Below are positions 52,601 through 61,833 of a stretch of DNA of 64,000 nt, one piece after another. Location of the stretch: IMG/VR virus record IMGVR_UViG_3300030228_000019. One strand, given 5' to 3'. The notes below the pieces were generated by a model that saw only the letters and a list, made by a program, of their open reading frames with translations, searched no databases and was not told the origin of the DNA. Both the position numbers and the translations under genes were made by a program. The DNA comes from a virus. The first letter of the stretch is position 1, and every line of letters begins with the position of its first letter.

Positions 52601-52891
52601 TACTCCATTTGGTATCACTGTTAAAGAAAGTGTTTTAATATAAGACTTTCCTGTGGAGGTAAAACCAGTAAATGTTCCTCTTCCTATTGAAATGGGTCCA
52701 CCACTATTCACAACAAATAAAGTTGAATTTTCTAAATAGAATGATACACTGGTGGTTAAAGCTGAGTCAAAATAAGTGATGGATTGCTGTGCATTGTAGG
52801 CTGTTATAGCTGGTAATATAAAAAATACTGTAACAAATATCAGCAATAATCCAAACATAAATATTATTGCCTGTTCAACAACTTCCTCCAT
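49667..52891 (-). CDS. Large mosaic adhesin (1074 aa) with InlB-like module and DUF2341-like domain
   Basis: N-terminal hydrophobic helix; shares modules with ORFs 26153 and 23672; ends GIMPSITIGNVQ like 23672. Confidence 0.75.
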   Translation of the reverse strand: MEEVVEQAIIFMFGLLLIFVTVFFILPAITAYNAQQSITYFDSALTTSVSFYLENSTLFVVNSGGPISIGRGTFTGFTSTGKSYIKTLSLTVIPNGVSRFFIQPNTISGNLVIYSTNLYYVKTIPLIQQKLLEIKNMYSSTYVYINGKLTQPLFQNLSTYYFPITSDINSLKLMSSYFNVYKPYFVGTNYTLPLTIKTLNISFLIQNGTQTFIPTNEINIKINNIQSYNNYNIASGTYNNIINIPYSGKMINITYCYEKCTNTNIENGTYFGPVNSTINLKFYKTSRPVFYIETANDIVVPGESTLVGISNYSFPISDNGTHITVKNGKYIAEFSSFNHFVAQKSITINGSGPIYLYIGNINPLLVGKPITFKPIPAYQRITEDLQAHPTGGVPTYFNFKWYEKAPNNNLYSLYKTTQTANTTFVTSSANLTGNYSFYYTVEDRNGSITKSPASEFYLNQFIMNITQPTPFNSTINIGQSINLTSNILGYKPPYTAYWYYGYTNTTCTTALTSGFSVIDNSTLATVTPKNTTYYCAKAEGSTGNFSAVSPVSVVHVIAPYNLFINTSYGGMSVVINKTTYTTNTSALFDASYNYNYTFLSTYTSPVGNLYTFKNVSLCNKIIGTTNTGNFVMKASYANCTLEGDYNNGEAPFTLIIHNSTSSVSGTSVQITFANGTTSTCKTTCNYYVPLNQKITLTAVNSTTGMFKNYTGTGAGSYSGTNSITTFTINNPITETANFIPKFYFSPITLTNSQTVATLPGFQQQIIFNPSTYSSYENGNLGNIRFYYGTTELYSWCESGCSNTSTNTVFWVKLPFVINGSSSAVINMTFEQKTVNYDKNYAGEAPNMTSTYGQYDNGAKVFNFYSNFKGTSLNTSKWTAYYGTNNNYVVSNGITVNPESSESGTSPPEIYTTTYTTTGPIILDFYGEMDVSGKTGVNNLVLLGLINSSNDNNNFGGIGNFGFSGVPHDGLVAWGSSGSDIYADSPALNLPNTNSVIYSIELPTVYSTSTTLNGFSNYGNKATISGIDYSGWSGHLGFISQSSGETIGPIYWIRTRLVPPNGIMPSITIGNVQSG

Positions 52892-52971
52892 TTAAATATC
52901 AATATATTCTTTTTTATTCTTTTAAAATTTGGATAGGGTTTAAGCATGTTTATATCATAGTAACTGATAAT

Positions 52972-53457
52972 ATGTCCTGGAATATTAATTTTACAAATAC
53001 CATAAATTTCTATAAGGAAACCTTGATAAAAGATTCAGAAACCACAGCAACAGCTAACTCTTTTCAAAATGATGAATTTATTAAAAAAATGATTTTTACT
53101 TACACTACTTTATTTGAAACTGTTAAAAAAGAAACAGCAATTAAAACTGATTTAATACTAATAACTTCAATATTAAATTATTTCAAAACAGAAAAAAATA
53201 TAAAACCAAGTGGCATTCTTGTTCAGTGTTTAAATACAGGAATTCATAAAAATCATGACTATGGTAGCAACAATATATTAAGATTTGGTAGCAAAGGAAT
53301 ATATGTTAGAATTGTTGATAAACTTTCAAGAGTATCTAATCTTTTATTGACCCAAAAACAAGCAGAAGTATTTGATGAGAAAATAGAAGACACCATGTTA
53401 GATATAATAAATTACTGTATTTATGATATAATGCTTCAGAATAACATATGGGAATAA
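52972..53457 (+). CDS. DUF1599 (nucleotide-modification-associated domain 1) protein
   Basis: KNHDYG..NI..FG..GIYVRIVDKLSR..NL...EKIEDTMLDIINY. Confidence 0.75.
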   Translation: MSWNINFTNTINFYKETLIKDSETTATANSFQNDEFIKKMIFTYTTLFETVKKETAIKTDLILITSILNYFKTEKNIKPSGILVQCLNTGIHKNHDYGSNNILRFGSKGIYVRIVDKLSRVSNLLLTQKQAEVFDEKIEDTMLDIINYCIYDIMLQNNIWE

Positions 53458-53462
53458 CTATA

Positions 53463-53693
53463 TTAGAATACAGCATCTTTGTTATTTTTAATAAAAGCTT
53501 TTCCTTCTTTTGTTATTTTTCCAGTTTTGGTTATTAAACCAGCATCAATTAAGGAAGTAGCTTCTCTTCCATACATTCCTTGCAAAGTCCAAGCCTGTCC
53601 ATTTTCTATCAGTGCTGAAAATAAATGTAAATATTCTTCTGCTGTCATTTTTCCACCTTCCCAAGCCATCATTAAATCAAATGTTGATTTCAT
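53463..53693 (-). CDS. Small conserved phage-type protein
   Basis: WEGG...LFSALIENGQAWTLQGMYGR motif. Confidence 0.65.
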   Translation of the reverse strand: MKSTFDLMMAWEGGKMTAEEYLHLFSALIENGQAWTLQGMYGREATSLIDAGLITKTGKITKEGKAFIKNNKDAVF

Positions 53694-53979
53694 GTTTACA
53701 CCCCTTTTTAGCTATACTTTTGTTTTACAAATATATGTTTTGGCATCAATTTAAATATTTTTTTTATCTATTTTTACAACTAACTGTAATACCAGATGTT
53801 GTTGTATTAGCTGATTTTCCAGTTATTATAATACTTATGTTAGTGTTAATATTAGGATTAAGTCCAGATATTTGTGCTGGAGCTATATAACCATTCATTA
53901 TCATCTAAAAGTGATTCACAATTATTTTTATATGTTTTTTTAAAAGAGTCTGTTCTTTTTTTGGTGTTTTTCATATATA

Positions 53980-54237
53980 TTACCTCTTTATAGCATCTCT
54001 GGTTTCAGCCTGTTCTTGTTTATAAGTTTGTTTTGCTTTTTTTATTACTTCAATATATTGTTTGGACAAGTAATTAGCTTGTTCTGCTTTTACTATTTCA
54101 TATTCTCCTTTTTCAGTAAGCACTGCTATTTTAAATACACCAAATCTTTTTGGAATGGTATCAATGTAATATTTTTTGCCATCTTTTTCTTCAACAAAAA
54201 CATAATTTGTTCTTTTTACTGGCTTATCTCCAAACAT
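53980..54237 (-). CDS. Hypothetical protein
   Basis: 85-aa ORF. Confidence 0.6.
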   Translation of the reverse strand: MFGDKPVKRTNYVFVEEKDGKKYYIDTIPKRFGVFKIAVLTEKGEYEIVKAEQANYLSKQYIEVIKKAKQTYKQEQAETRDAIKR

Positions 54238-54403
54238 AAGTTCACCAATATAATTATATTCTTTCTGTTATTTAAAGGTTTGCTTTTATTAAAAAAGTTT
54301 AACTTTTTGGAAATTATATCTGACCTTTAGTTATTTATATCAAAAATATAATTTATAGTAACTTATTGGTTTTTAAACTTTTACTTTATATAATAGTGTT
54401 TAT

Positions 54404-54994
54404 ATGCTGACAGTTGGAATTGATGTTGATGGAACCCTTTCAGATACAATGGAACAGTGGCTAAAATACTATAAAGAAGAATACAATGTTGTTGTTTCAA
54501 AGGAAGACTTGTTCTTATATGATTTTTCAAGAATATTTCCATTTGTAAACAAAGAAGTTATGAGAAAATATTTTGAAAAAGTCTGGGACAATTGGAAAGA
54601 TATAAAACTTATAGATGAAAAAGTAATTCCAAATATAAATATTATTGGTAATTTTTATAATGTTAATATAATAACTTCAACCTGGGGAAACCTCAATAAT
54701 GTTAAAAAATGGTTAAAAGAAAATAACATTTATTTTAATAAGGTAAAATATGTTAAAAATTCCATAGAAAAAGTAAACTATTGTGATATTCTTGTTGATG
54801 ATAGCCTTTCAAATATTACTCAAATGGTTAATAACAACAAAATAGGCATACTTTTAAAACAGCCCTGGAATAAAAGAAATTTATCAGATAAAATAAGAAA
54901 AAATATTTTAGTTGCTGAAGACTGGCAACAAGTGCTTGAGTATTTATTAAATATTAAAAATCTTCACTCTTTTACTGAAATAACAAGAAAATAA
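54404..54994 (+). CDS. HAD-family 5'(3')-deoxyribonucleotidase-like, paralog of 44155
   Basis: IDVDGTL, IITS, K...DILVDD, QPWN. Confidence 0.85.
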   Translation: MLTVGIDVDGTLSDTMEQWLKYYKEEYNVVVSKEDLFLYDFSRIFPFVNKEVMRKYFEKVWDNWKDIKLIDEKVIPNINIIGNFYNVNIITSTWGNLNNVKKWLKENNIYFNKVKYVKNSIEKVNYCDILVDDSLSNITQMVNNNKIGILLKQPWNKRNLSDKIRKNILVAEDWQQVLEYLLNIKNLHSFTEITRK

Positions 54995-55040
54995 AAAGAA
55001 TATTTATAAATGAAAAAATGGTTGAACTAAAAAAAGAAAA

Positions 55041-55063
55041 TAAACTGGGAAATTCCCAGTTTA
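55041..55063. terminator. Hairpin between convergent genes
   Basis: TAAACTGGGAA-A-TTCCCAGTTTA, 11-bp arms. Confidence 0.6.
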
Positions 55064-55077
55064 ATTTGGCACTATTT

Positions 55078-55560
55078 TCATGGGTTGCTTATGGCAAATG
55101 GATATGAGCCAGCATATACTGGTATTCCACTTGAACTTTCTGTTACAAAAGTTTGGAGTGCACCATTTGAAGTATCTGTTAATGAAGTTATATTGCTGCC
55201 TGGTGTTAGTGACTTTAATGTTGTTATTGAGTATTCATACATATCTCCAACCATATCAGGTCCACTAACTGCTGTTCCTATAAGGGTGTGGCTACCAATT
55301 ATAACATTAACTTCTGTTGTGTTGGCTAATTTTTGATTTAGTGCAACATTTATAACATTGCCACTGTTGGTGTTATAATTAGCACCATATATCACTCCTT
55401 GTGCTGCTATATGTCCACTGTGTGAAGCAAAACTATATATTGCCACTGCTGCTATTAATGCTGCTACAACAATTATTGCAATTGTTATTGGTGAGTCAAA
55501 TGCACCTTGTGCCTTGAAGGTCTTTCTTTTTTTCTGTATTTGAAACATGTTTCCTGGCAT
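55078..55560 (-). CDS. Type IV pilin-like protein (major pilin candidate)
   Basis: FKA/QGAFD plus Ala/Ile-rich helix; small and Gly/Ala-rich. Confidence 0.7.
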   Translation of the reverse strand: MPGNMFQIQKKRKTFKAQGAFDSPITIAIIVVAALIAAVAIYSFASHSGHIAAQGVIYGANYNTNSGNVINVALNQKLANTTEVNVIIGSHTLIGTAVSGPDMVGDMYEYSITTLKSLTPGSNITSLTDTSNGALQTFVTESSSGIPVYAGSYPFAISNP

Positions 55561-55638
55561 TCAAATCATTTTAATATTAATAATAACTCCTTAAAAATTA
55601 AAATTCATTATTTAAGTCTTTTGTTAAATAAATAGTAT

Positions 55639-56517
55639 ATGTTGGGAAAAGAACACATAAAAGCAACTGCTTTTTTTGCAATAACAGCACTTGCTTTTAT
55701 TATTTTTATGATATTAAATCATTTTTCTCAACCAATAACAATCAACACTATTTTGACTGTTATTGCAACCACTTTTTACAAATATTATTTATATATGTTT
55801 CTTTTTATTGTTGGCATGATGATAAGTGCAACTGTTCCTGATATTGATATAAGCACAAATATTCAAGGGGTAAAAATTTGGAATAAAATTATTGGTATTG
55901 GTTACCAAATAACAAAAATGATATTTACTCCATTACTTGGTGCAAGAACATTTTCACACAGGCATCTTTATCATAGTGTTGTTGGTGATATAATATATAC
56001 TATATTAATTGGTGCAGTTGTTTTTAGCATTATAACACTTTTATTATTTTCATATTCAATGATTATAACACAACAAATAAATATACAAACAAGTTTTATA
56101 GCAGCAGTTTTTACTTCAACTTATAATCTTATACTTCAATACAAAGGTTTATTTTTGTGGTTTGTTGTTGGTGCTTTTATTGGTTTTATGGCACATCTTT
56201 TTGAAGATACTATTACAGTTTCTGGTATAAATTATTTTCCAGGGTTATTACATAAAAGAATAGCAGGAAAATTTATAACATGCACAGCAGCAGGTTATAG
56301 AAATCAAAAAGGAGATGTAACCCATGTTTCTTTTTTTAAAAGAAGTATTTCTGGTGTAATTTTACTTTCAACCTTTAATGTATTATTTTTGTTTATGTTC
56401 TTTGAATTGCATTTATATCTGTTGCCATTAATTCTCACTGGCTTAATTTTTTATGGTTCTCTTGTAGTATTTGAATTTATATTTTGTGGATTAAAAATCA
56501 AAAAAGATTATTATTAA
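55639..56517 (+). CDS. YdjM-like membrane metal-dependent hydrolase
   Basis: MLGKEH, VPDID, HRHLYHS, HLFED..T.SG. Confidence 0.8.
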   Translation: MLGKEHIKATAFFAITALAFIIFMILNHFSQPITINTILTVIATTFYKYYLYMFLFIVGMMISATVPDIDISTNIQGVKIWNKIIGIGYQITKMIFTPLLGARTFSHRHLYHSVVGDIIYTILIGAVVFSIITLLLFSYSMIITQQINIQTSFIAAVFTSTYNLILQYKGLFLWFVVGAFIGFMAHLFEDTITVSGINYFPGLLHKRIAGKFITCTAAGYRNQKGDVTHVSFFKRSISGVILLSTFNVLFLFMFFELHLYLLPLILTGLIFYGSLVVFEFIFCGLKIKKDYY

Positions 56518-56525
56518 ACTTTTTA

Positions 56526-56987
56526 TTATTCAGTTTTTATTTCATTTACTGCTTTTTCAATGTTGTTAAGTATTTCAAGTCTGCTTTTAAAATTTCCTTT
56601 AAAATCAGGAGATGACCATATCAGAACATTCAAATAAACCCCAAACATATAAGAGTTTATTATCTCTTGTATCTTAGTCATGTTGCCAATATTATCAATT
56701 AGTAAATCAGCCATATGCCTTGCCTCATTACTAGTTATCCAAGTTGCTATCCCAGCATCTTCAAGCCCTGTTCTTCTCAAAGAAGCTTCCAGTATTATGT
56801 CTATTTTTGTTGTTCTTTTAGCTCCAAGACTTAAAAAACCATCAGGTGTTGATAATCCAATCTAAGTTTTTATATAGGTTTGAAGATTTTTCCAAACACC
56901 TTCTGAAAATCCACCTCTTTCAACAAAGACCTCTTTTCCTTCATAATCTTTTGATTTCATATCTATTTTATCTAAAATTTCTTCCAT
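56526..56987 (-). pseudogene. Disrupted hypothetical gene (only the 3' part is open)
   Basis: ATG 56987 after GTGA; one -1 shift near GGT GTT TGG and an in-frame TAG at 56862-56864. Confidence 0.5.
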
Positions 56988-57017
56988 TCTTATCACTTAT
57001 TTAATAATTCAAATGCC

Positions 57018-58462
57018 TCAATGCTTATATTCCTTTTTCATATTTTTGAACTTTTCCTCTGATTCATTTGGTGTTTCTTTAACAAGAATTTCAGCAGCTT
57101 TATTAATAATCAAATCTACTCCAATAGGATTTAAATCTCCAAATTCAAGTTTTATTTTATTATTAAGCAATTTGCATATCAAGAGCAAATTTCTTTCCTC
57201 TGGTTTTAGCTGTTGCAGCAATCTGTTCTTTCACAATTTCTAAAATTTCTTTGTCATATTTTGTTAACATTTTATTCACCATTCATCATAAACATCTTGC
57301 AACACAACATTAACTCTTTTTTCTCCATAAATCTTTCTTAATTTATTCCAAATTTCTTGCTCTTGTTTTTCTGTTATTCTTTTACTAAAATAAGCCTCTT
57401 GTCTGAGGTCATCAACACCAAACACATCTTCAAAATCTATGGCTTCTTTAAGAGCTAAATATTGCTTCATTTCTTCTTTTGTCAATCCCATTTTAGGTTT
57501 TTCTTTAGCCATAGCATTTACCCATACTTATTGTCAAAATAATTATTTAAAAGCTTTATTGCTTTTTGTCTGAGTTTTATATCTCTTTTATCTAATTCAT
57601 ATTCAGTTAATTCAAGCAAACCTAAATAGGTATTTCTATCTTTTATATCAGCATTTAAGCCTTTCAAATTAGCTTTATAAGTAGCCAATAGTTCTGAGTC
57701 TGTCATGCTTTTTATATTTTTAGCAATTTCATTAAATTCCTTTTTTGTTTGTTTATTTTCTTTCATAAAAGCACCTTAATATACCAATGAATAATCTGAT
57801 ATAAACTCTTTAATATAAATTGGTTTTTCTGCTTTAAAAGGTTCTACTGTATTGTAAAGCTGCTGCTTATACCATTCTTTATTTTTTTCAACAATAGGGT
57901 CACATACTTCTTTAACTGCTATTTTAATATCAACTCCTTTGTATAATTTTTGCATAACTGCTTTATAAACATTTTTAATTTCAAGTTTATATGGATTTAT
58001 TAAAATGCCCTGTTTTCTAAATATATAATTATTTTCTAGTAAATGTTCTATTATTGTTTTAATATCAGAACTAGTTTCATTATGTTTATAATATGCAACT
58101 GTTAAATTCCAGGAATATCTTTTTAGTATTTCTATATTTTTATTTTCAAATAAATCAAAAAGGTCAGGATATACTTTTTCAATTTTTAAATTTCCTGTAA
58201 CACCTTTGCTGGTTCCAAAAGTAAAATAATATATTTTATTTGTTTCTTTATCATCAATCATTGCATCTGATTCAAGCAATAATTCTTTTATATCATCATT
58301 TTCAGCCAAATAACTTTTTTTAATTAGATATGTATTATATTCAATTTCATTAAGTGGTTTTCCTTTAAACAAAAATTTATGATAAGTATCAGGAAGTCTT
58401 ATTATTATTGTTTTTTTACCTTTATGCAAAATAAAAGGGAAAAGGTGTATTTTTTCATTCAT
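57018..58462 (-). other. Four hypothetical CDS (57018-57221, 57276-57512, 57518-57766, 57776-58462)
   Basis: Co-oriented, tightly packed. Confidence 0.65.
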
Positions 58463-58525
58463 ATTATCATTTCTTTTGTTTAGGATATAAACATATTATA
58501 TTTTATTTGACACTTTTTATATACT

Positions 58526-58999
58526 TTATATTTTTGATTTTGTAATTCCTTTTTGATTTTGATAATGTCCAGCATAAGCTAAATCAGTGGGTGTTTCTGT
58601 TCTTGCAAGAACTAAATATATTACTGGACTATTTGCAGCTATAACAATGTCTTGTGATGATAAATTTGCTAAACCAATTGTTAAAGTTCCAGAAAAACCA
58701 GCATCCACAATTGTTGGTGGTATTATAATTCCTTTTCTTGCATAACTGGACTTTAGGTTTATAAAACCAATTATGTCCACAGGAAGTGTTATTTTTTCAA
58801 TTGTGGTCATAAGAATATGCTGCTTAGGTTGAATAACAATTGAACTTCCTTTCATATCAGTTTGATATTCAGAAGAAAACCAGTCTCCTGCTATTTTTAG
58901 GTCAATACCATTTTCTTTAACTTGTGATTCATCAAAAGGACTTATGTTAATACTCTTCTTTTTTATTTCATTCAAAATATCTTTGTGTGATAAAATCAT
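58526..58999 (-). CDS. dut: dUTPase of the dCTP-deaminase/dUTPase family (archaeal-virus type)
   Basis: MILS, ENGIDL, LKSSYARKG..IPPTIVDAGFSG, Y.G.YQNQKG; the deaminase Glu position reads Gly (TIGL). Confidence 0.8.
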   Translation of the reverse strand: MILSHKDILNEIKKKSINISPFDESQVKENGIDLKIAGDWFSSEYQTDMKGSSIVIQPKQHILMTTIEKITLPVDIIGFINLKSSYARKGIIIPPTIVDAGFSGTLTIGLANLSSQDIVIAANSPVIYLVLARTETPTDLAYAGHYQNQKGITKSKI

Positions 59000-59008
59000 A
59001 ATATCCCT

Positions 59009-59248
59009 TTATTTAATGTTTTTAGATTTTGTAATTATTATGTTTCCAACAAATTGAGGATAAAGTTCATTTGTTTGTAATTGGTTTAAAAGACCATCTT
59101 CATTTACAACAGCAACAAATCCATCTTCCATTTTAACAATTTCAATATAACCACCAACAAAGTTTTGCATCTCTTCCAGTGTCATATGATATGCTATTTC
59201 TCTTGTTCCATCAGTTTTTAATTTCATAAATTGTTTGTCAGTGTTCAT
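59009..59248 (-). CDS. DUF3846-like protein
   Basis: TLEEMQNFVGGYIEIV...VVNEDG. Confidence 0.75.
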   Translation of the reverse strand: MNTDKQFMKLKTDGTREIAYHMTLEEMQNFVGGYIEIVKMEDGFVAVVNEDGLLNQLQTNELYPQFVGNIIITKSKNIK

Positions 59249-59275
59249 GGTTTCATCTTTTATTTTTATTTTAAA

Positions 59276-59812
59276 TTATAATCCTGTTGATGTAACTATA
59301 TCTTCAAGCATTGCTGTTACAGCATGCCCTTTTCTGAGTTCAAAAAAATAAAGTTCTGAAATATAATAGACAAGTTCAGCCTCTTCTTTTTCTTTTGTTG
59401 GTTTAGTTTCAGATGTTGATTTTATTACTACTTCAGGATAACCTGGTTGAAACATTATATTATAGCCTAATCTATTAGTTCTTTCTATCTCTTCAGCCAT
59501 AACTTCTTCAAATGTTTTTGAATAATTAACATATAATTTTTTTATACTATTTTCAAGCAGTTCATCAGGAACAGTAACTGTATTTTTATTATAGTCTATA
59601 AGAGGAACAATTTTATATTTGAGTTTATCAAATTGCACATTTAATTTCCTTATTTTTTCCATTACTGAGAAATAAGAATCAATTGTCTTATCTTTTTCAG
59701 TTTTACTTTTTTGAAGATATGGTAATTGTCTGCTTGTGGTCATTACAAGGTCAATAAAACTGAATTTCAAAACATCTTCCATGCTAAAAAATTTCTCTTC
59801 TTTTTGCATCAA
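59276..59812 (-). CDS. Hypothetical protein
   Basis: 178-aa ORF. Confidence 0.7.
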   Translation of the reverse strand: MMQKEEKFFSMEDVLKFSFIDLVMTTSRQLPYLQKSKTEKDKTIDSYFSVMEKIRKLNVQFDKLKYKIVPLIDYNKNTVTVPDELLENSIKKLYVNYSKTFEEVMAEEIERTNRLGYNIMFQPGYPEVVIKSTSETKPTKEKEEAELVYYISELYFFELRKGHAVTAMLEDIVTSTGL

Positions 59813-59887
59813 ATCAATAATAATACATCAACATATTAAATATTTAAATGTTCAATTTTTTAAGTTTAAAAACAAACATATTTAAAT

Positions 59888-60229
59888 ATGAAGGTTGGTG
59901 ATTTTAGTAATTATACAACAGCAAATATACATATACATAATAGGTATTATACTGTTTTTGTTGCTAAATCCTATTTTCAAATACTTAGAGGACTATCAAA
60001 AATAACTAAAATTCCAGATGGATTTGTTGGAATGTTGTTTGTTTTTAAAAAAATTACTAAAATGCCTTTTACTACAAAACATATGAAATTTTATATTGAT
60101 TTATTTTTTCTGGATGAAAACTACAATATCATTGAATCTCATCTTAATCTAAAGCCAGGAATCAAAAAGATTATACCTCAGAAACAATACAAATATGCTC
60201 TTGAAACAGAATCTGGTCTTCTTTTTTGA
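59888..60229 (+). CDS. DUF192-like protein
   Basis: VAKSYFQILRGL, GMLFVF, MKFYIDLFFLD, YALE. Confidence 0.8.
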   Translation: MKVGDFSNYTTANIHIHNRYYTVFVAKSYFQILRGLSKITKIPDGFVGMLFVFKKITKMPFTTKHMKFYIDLFFLDENYNIIESHLNLKPGIKKIIPQKQYKYALETESGLLF

Positions 60230-60264
60230 ATTTTAAATCAAAGAACAAATACTAATATGAACAA

Positions 60265-60816
60265 ATGTCATACTTCAAAGCACAAACAACCATTGAATAC
60301 ACTGGATTACTTGTATTATCATTAGCTTTGGCTGCTCTTGCAATTGGTTTTTTTATATCTTATTTTTCTCAAACAACAACACAAGTTTCACAAACAACTT
60401 TGATAGGAATTCAACAAATAAATTTTTATCCATTCACAGGACAGGCACCAAATGCAACAAATTATCTTGGTGATGCTGAATTAACAATTTATTCAACTAA
60501 TCCTGTGAGTATAAATAGTATGTATTTAGTTCAAACAATGAATAGTTCAACTGCATCAAACTGTCCTTCAGTTGTTAAATTTACCAATTTTCCAACAAAT
60601 GGTTTAACCTGTATTTCACTTGGTATGCCAGTAAAAACATTTCCAGAAGGAAATAATAACTATCTTCTATATTTTAATTCAGTTCTTTATAATGGAACTG
60701 CTTTTTCAGAAATGAATAATACAAATGGTGCTTTTATAAAATATGCTATACTTTCTATAAATGGAAAATATGAATATACAAAACTAAATCCACAACTTCC
60801 AATAATAATAAGTTAG
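60265..60816 (+). CDS. Type IV pilin-like protein
   Basis: FKA/QTTIEY plus hydrophobic helix. Confidence 0.8.
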   Translation: MSYFKAQTTIEYTGLLVLSLALAALAIGFFISYFSQTTTQVSQTTLIGIQQINFYPFTGQAPNATNYLGDAELTIYSTNPVSINSMYLVQTMNSSTASNCPSVVKFTNFPTNGLTCISLGMPVKTFPEGNNNYLLYFNSVLYNGTAFSEMNNTNGAFIKYAILSINGKYEYTKLNPQLPIIIS

Positions 60817-61106
60817 TTAGCTAAAAAAATATCTTTTATGAAAAGGTCTTTTGTTTTTTGAAAATCATTTATTTTTCTTAATATTATGTATTTTTCAAAG
60901 CCTTTTTTTATAAAAAGGTCAATACCATTTTCATAACTGATATTTCTATATTCTTCAAAATATTTTTGTGCTTCTTCCTGTGCAATATTTGTTAATAAAG
61001 CAGTTTCTCTTATCATATATTCTATTTTTCTTTTATAAAGTTCTTTTTCAGAAAGGGACATGTTTACACCATACAAAAAATAAATATTAAAATAATTAAC
61101 TACCAC
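60813..61106 (-). CDS. Hypothetical protein
   Basis: Likely start MSLSEK. Confidence 0.55.
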   Translation of the reverse strand: MVVNYFNIYFLYGVNMSLSEKELYKRKIEYMIRETALLTNIAQEEAQKYFEEYRNISYENGIDLFIKKGFEKYIILRKINDFQKTKDLFIKDIFLAN

Positions 61107-61108
61107 TC

Positions 61109-61795
61109 TTATTTATTTGATTCCTCAAAATATACAGAAGTATCATGCACATATTTTTCAAAATGTATGTTTAATGCAGCTATTGCTGGTGCAATTGGAA
61201 CATCTTTATATTCTGGCAAATAATGTTCTTTGAATTTCATCAAAGTATAAACTTCACATTCAAGTTGTGCCCCAGTCAATGCATTGTGAGGGTGCCTTTC
61301 ATCTGGTAGTCCATAATAACCAAGTGTTTCATTAAGTTTTGGATATTTTCCAGGTATTTTTTCTTTTTCAACTAATGGAAATATATTATCATTATTTATA
61401 AACTCATTCATAGCAATTTCCATAAGGTCATATGCTTTTGGTGGAAGTCCATTCATTTTCAATCTCTTTCCAATTGAATGTGTAAAATTTATATCAAATC
61501 CAGCATTATAAGCTGCCAGGAAAAGAGTTTTATGTGCTTTGCAGAATTCAATAAAATGTTTATAAAGTTCCTCAGAAGTTTCTTTTGAAGGGTCTTTTAT
61601 TTGTTCTTCAGTAAATCCATTTACATCAAGTGCTTTTTGATTCACAATACTGTTCTCAGGTATTCTACATTCTTCATAAAAAGTATCTCCAGTTGCAACA
61701 TCTACTGCACCAAGAGCTACTATGCTGTTTTCATTAGGTCTTAGTCCTGTTGTTTCACAATCAAAAACAACTGTTCTCTCTTTTGATTTATCCAT
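61109..61795 (-). CDS. DnaQ-like DEDDh 3'-5' exonuclease
   Basis: FDCETTG, AYNAGFD, HNAL..A (last Asp not conserved). Confidence 0.8.
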   Translation of the reverse strand: MDKSKERTVVFDCETTGLRPNENSIVALGAVDVATGDTFYEECRIPENSIVNQKALDVNGFTEEQIKDPSKETSEELYKHFIEFCKAHKTLFLAAYNAGFDINFTHSIGKRLKMNGLPPKAYDLMEIAMNEFINNDNIFPLVEKEKIPGKYPKLNETLGYYGLPDERHPHNALTGAQLECEVYTLMKFKEHYLPEYKDVPIAPAIAALNIHFEKYVHDTSVYFEESNK

Positions 61796-61833
61796 ATAAT
61801 CATTTATTTAGTATTGTAAAGGTTTAAAAATGT

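Noticed and set aside
53764-53904. 46-aa minus-strand ORF (MIMNGYIAPAQISG...)
   Set aside because: Resembles a fragment of a secreted protein, but it is too short to call without homologs.
40313-56864. Stop-codon reassignment suggested by in-frame TAA (40313, 45752) and TAG (56862)
   Set aside because: Nearly all long genes are open in the standard code and end in TAA; the interrupted genes mostly also carry frameshifts, which fits decay.
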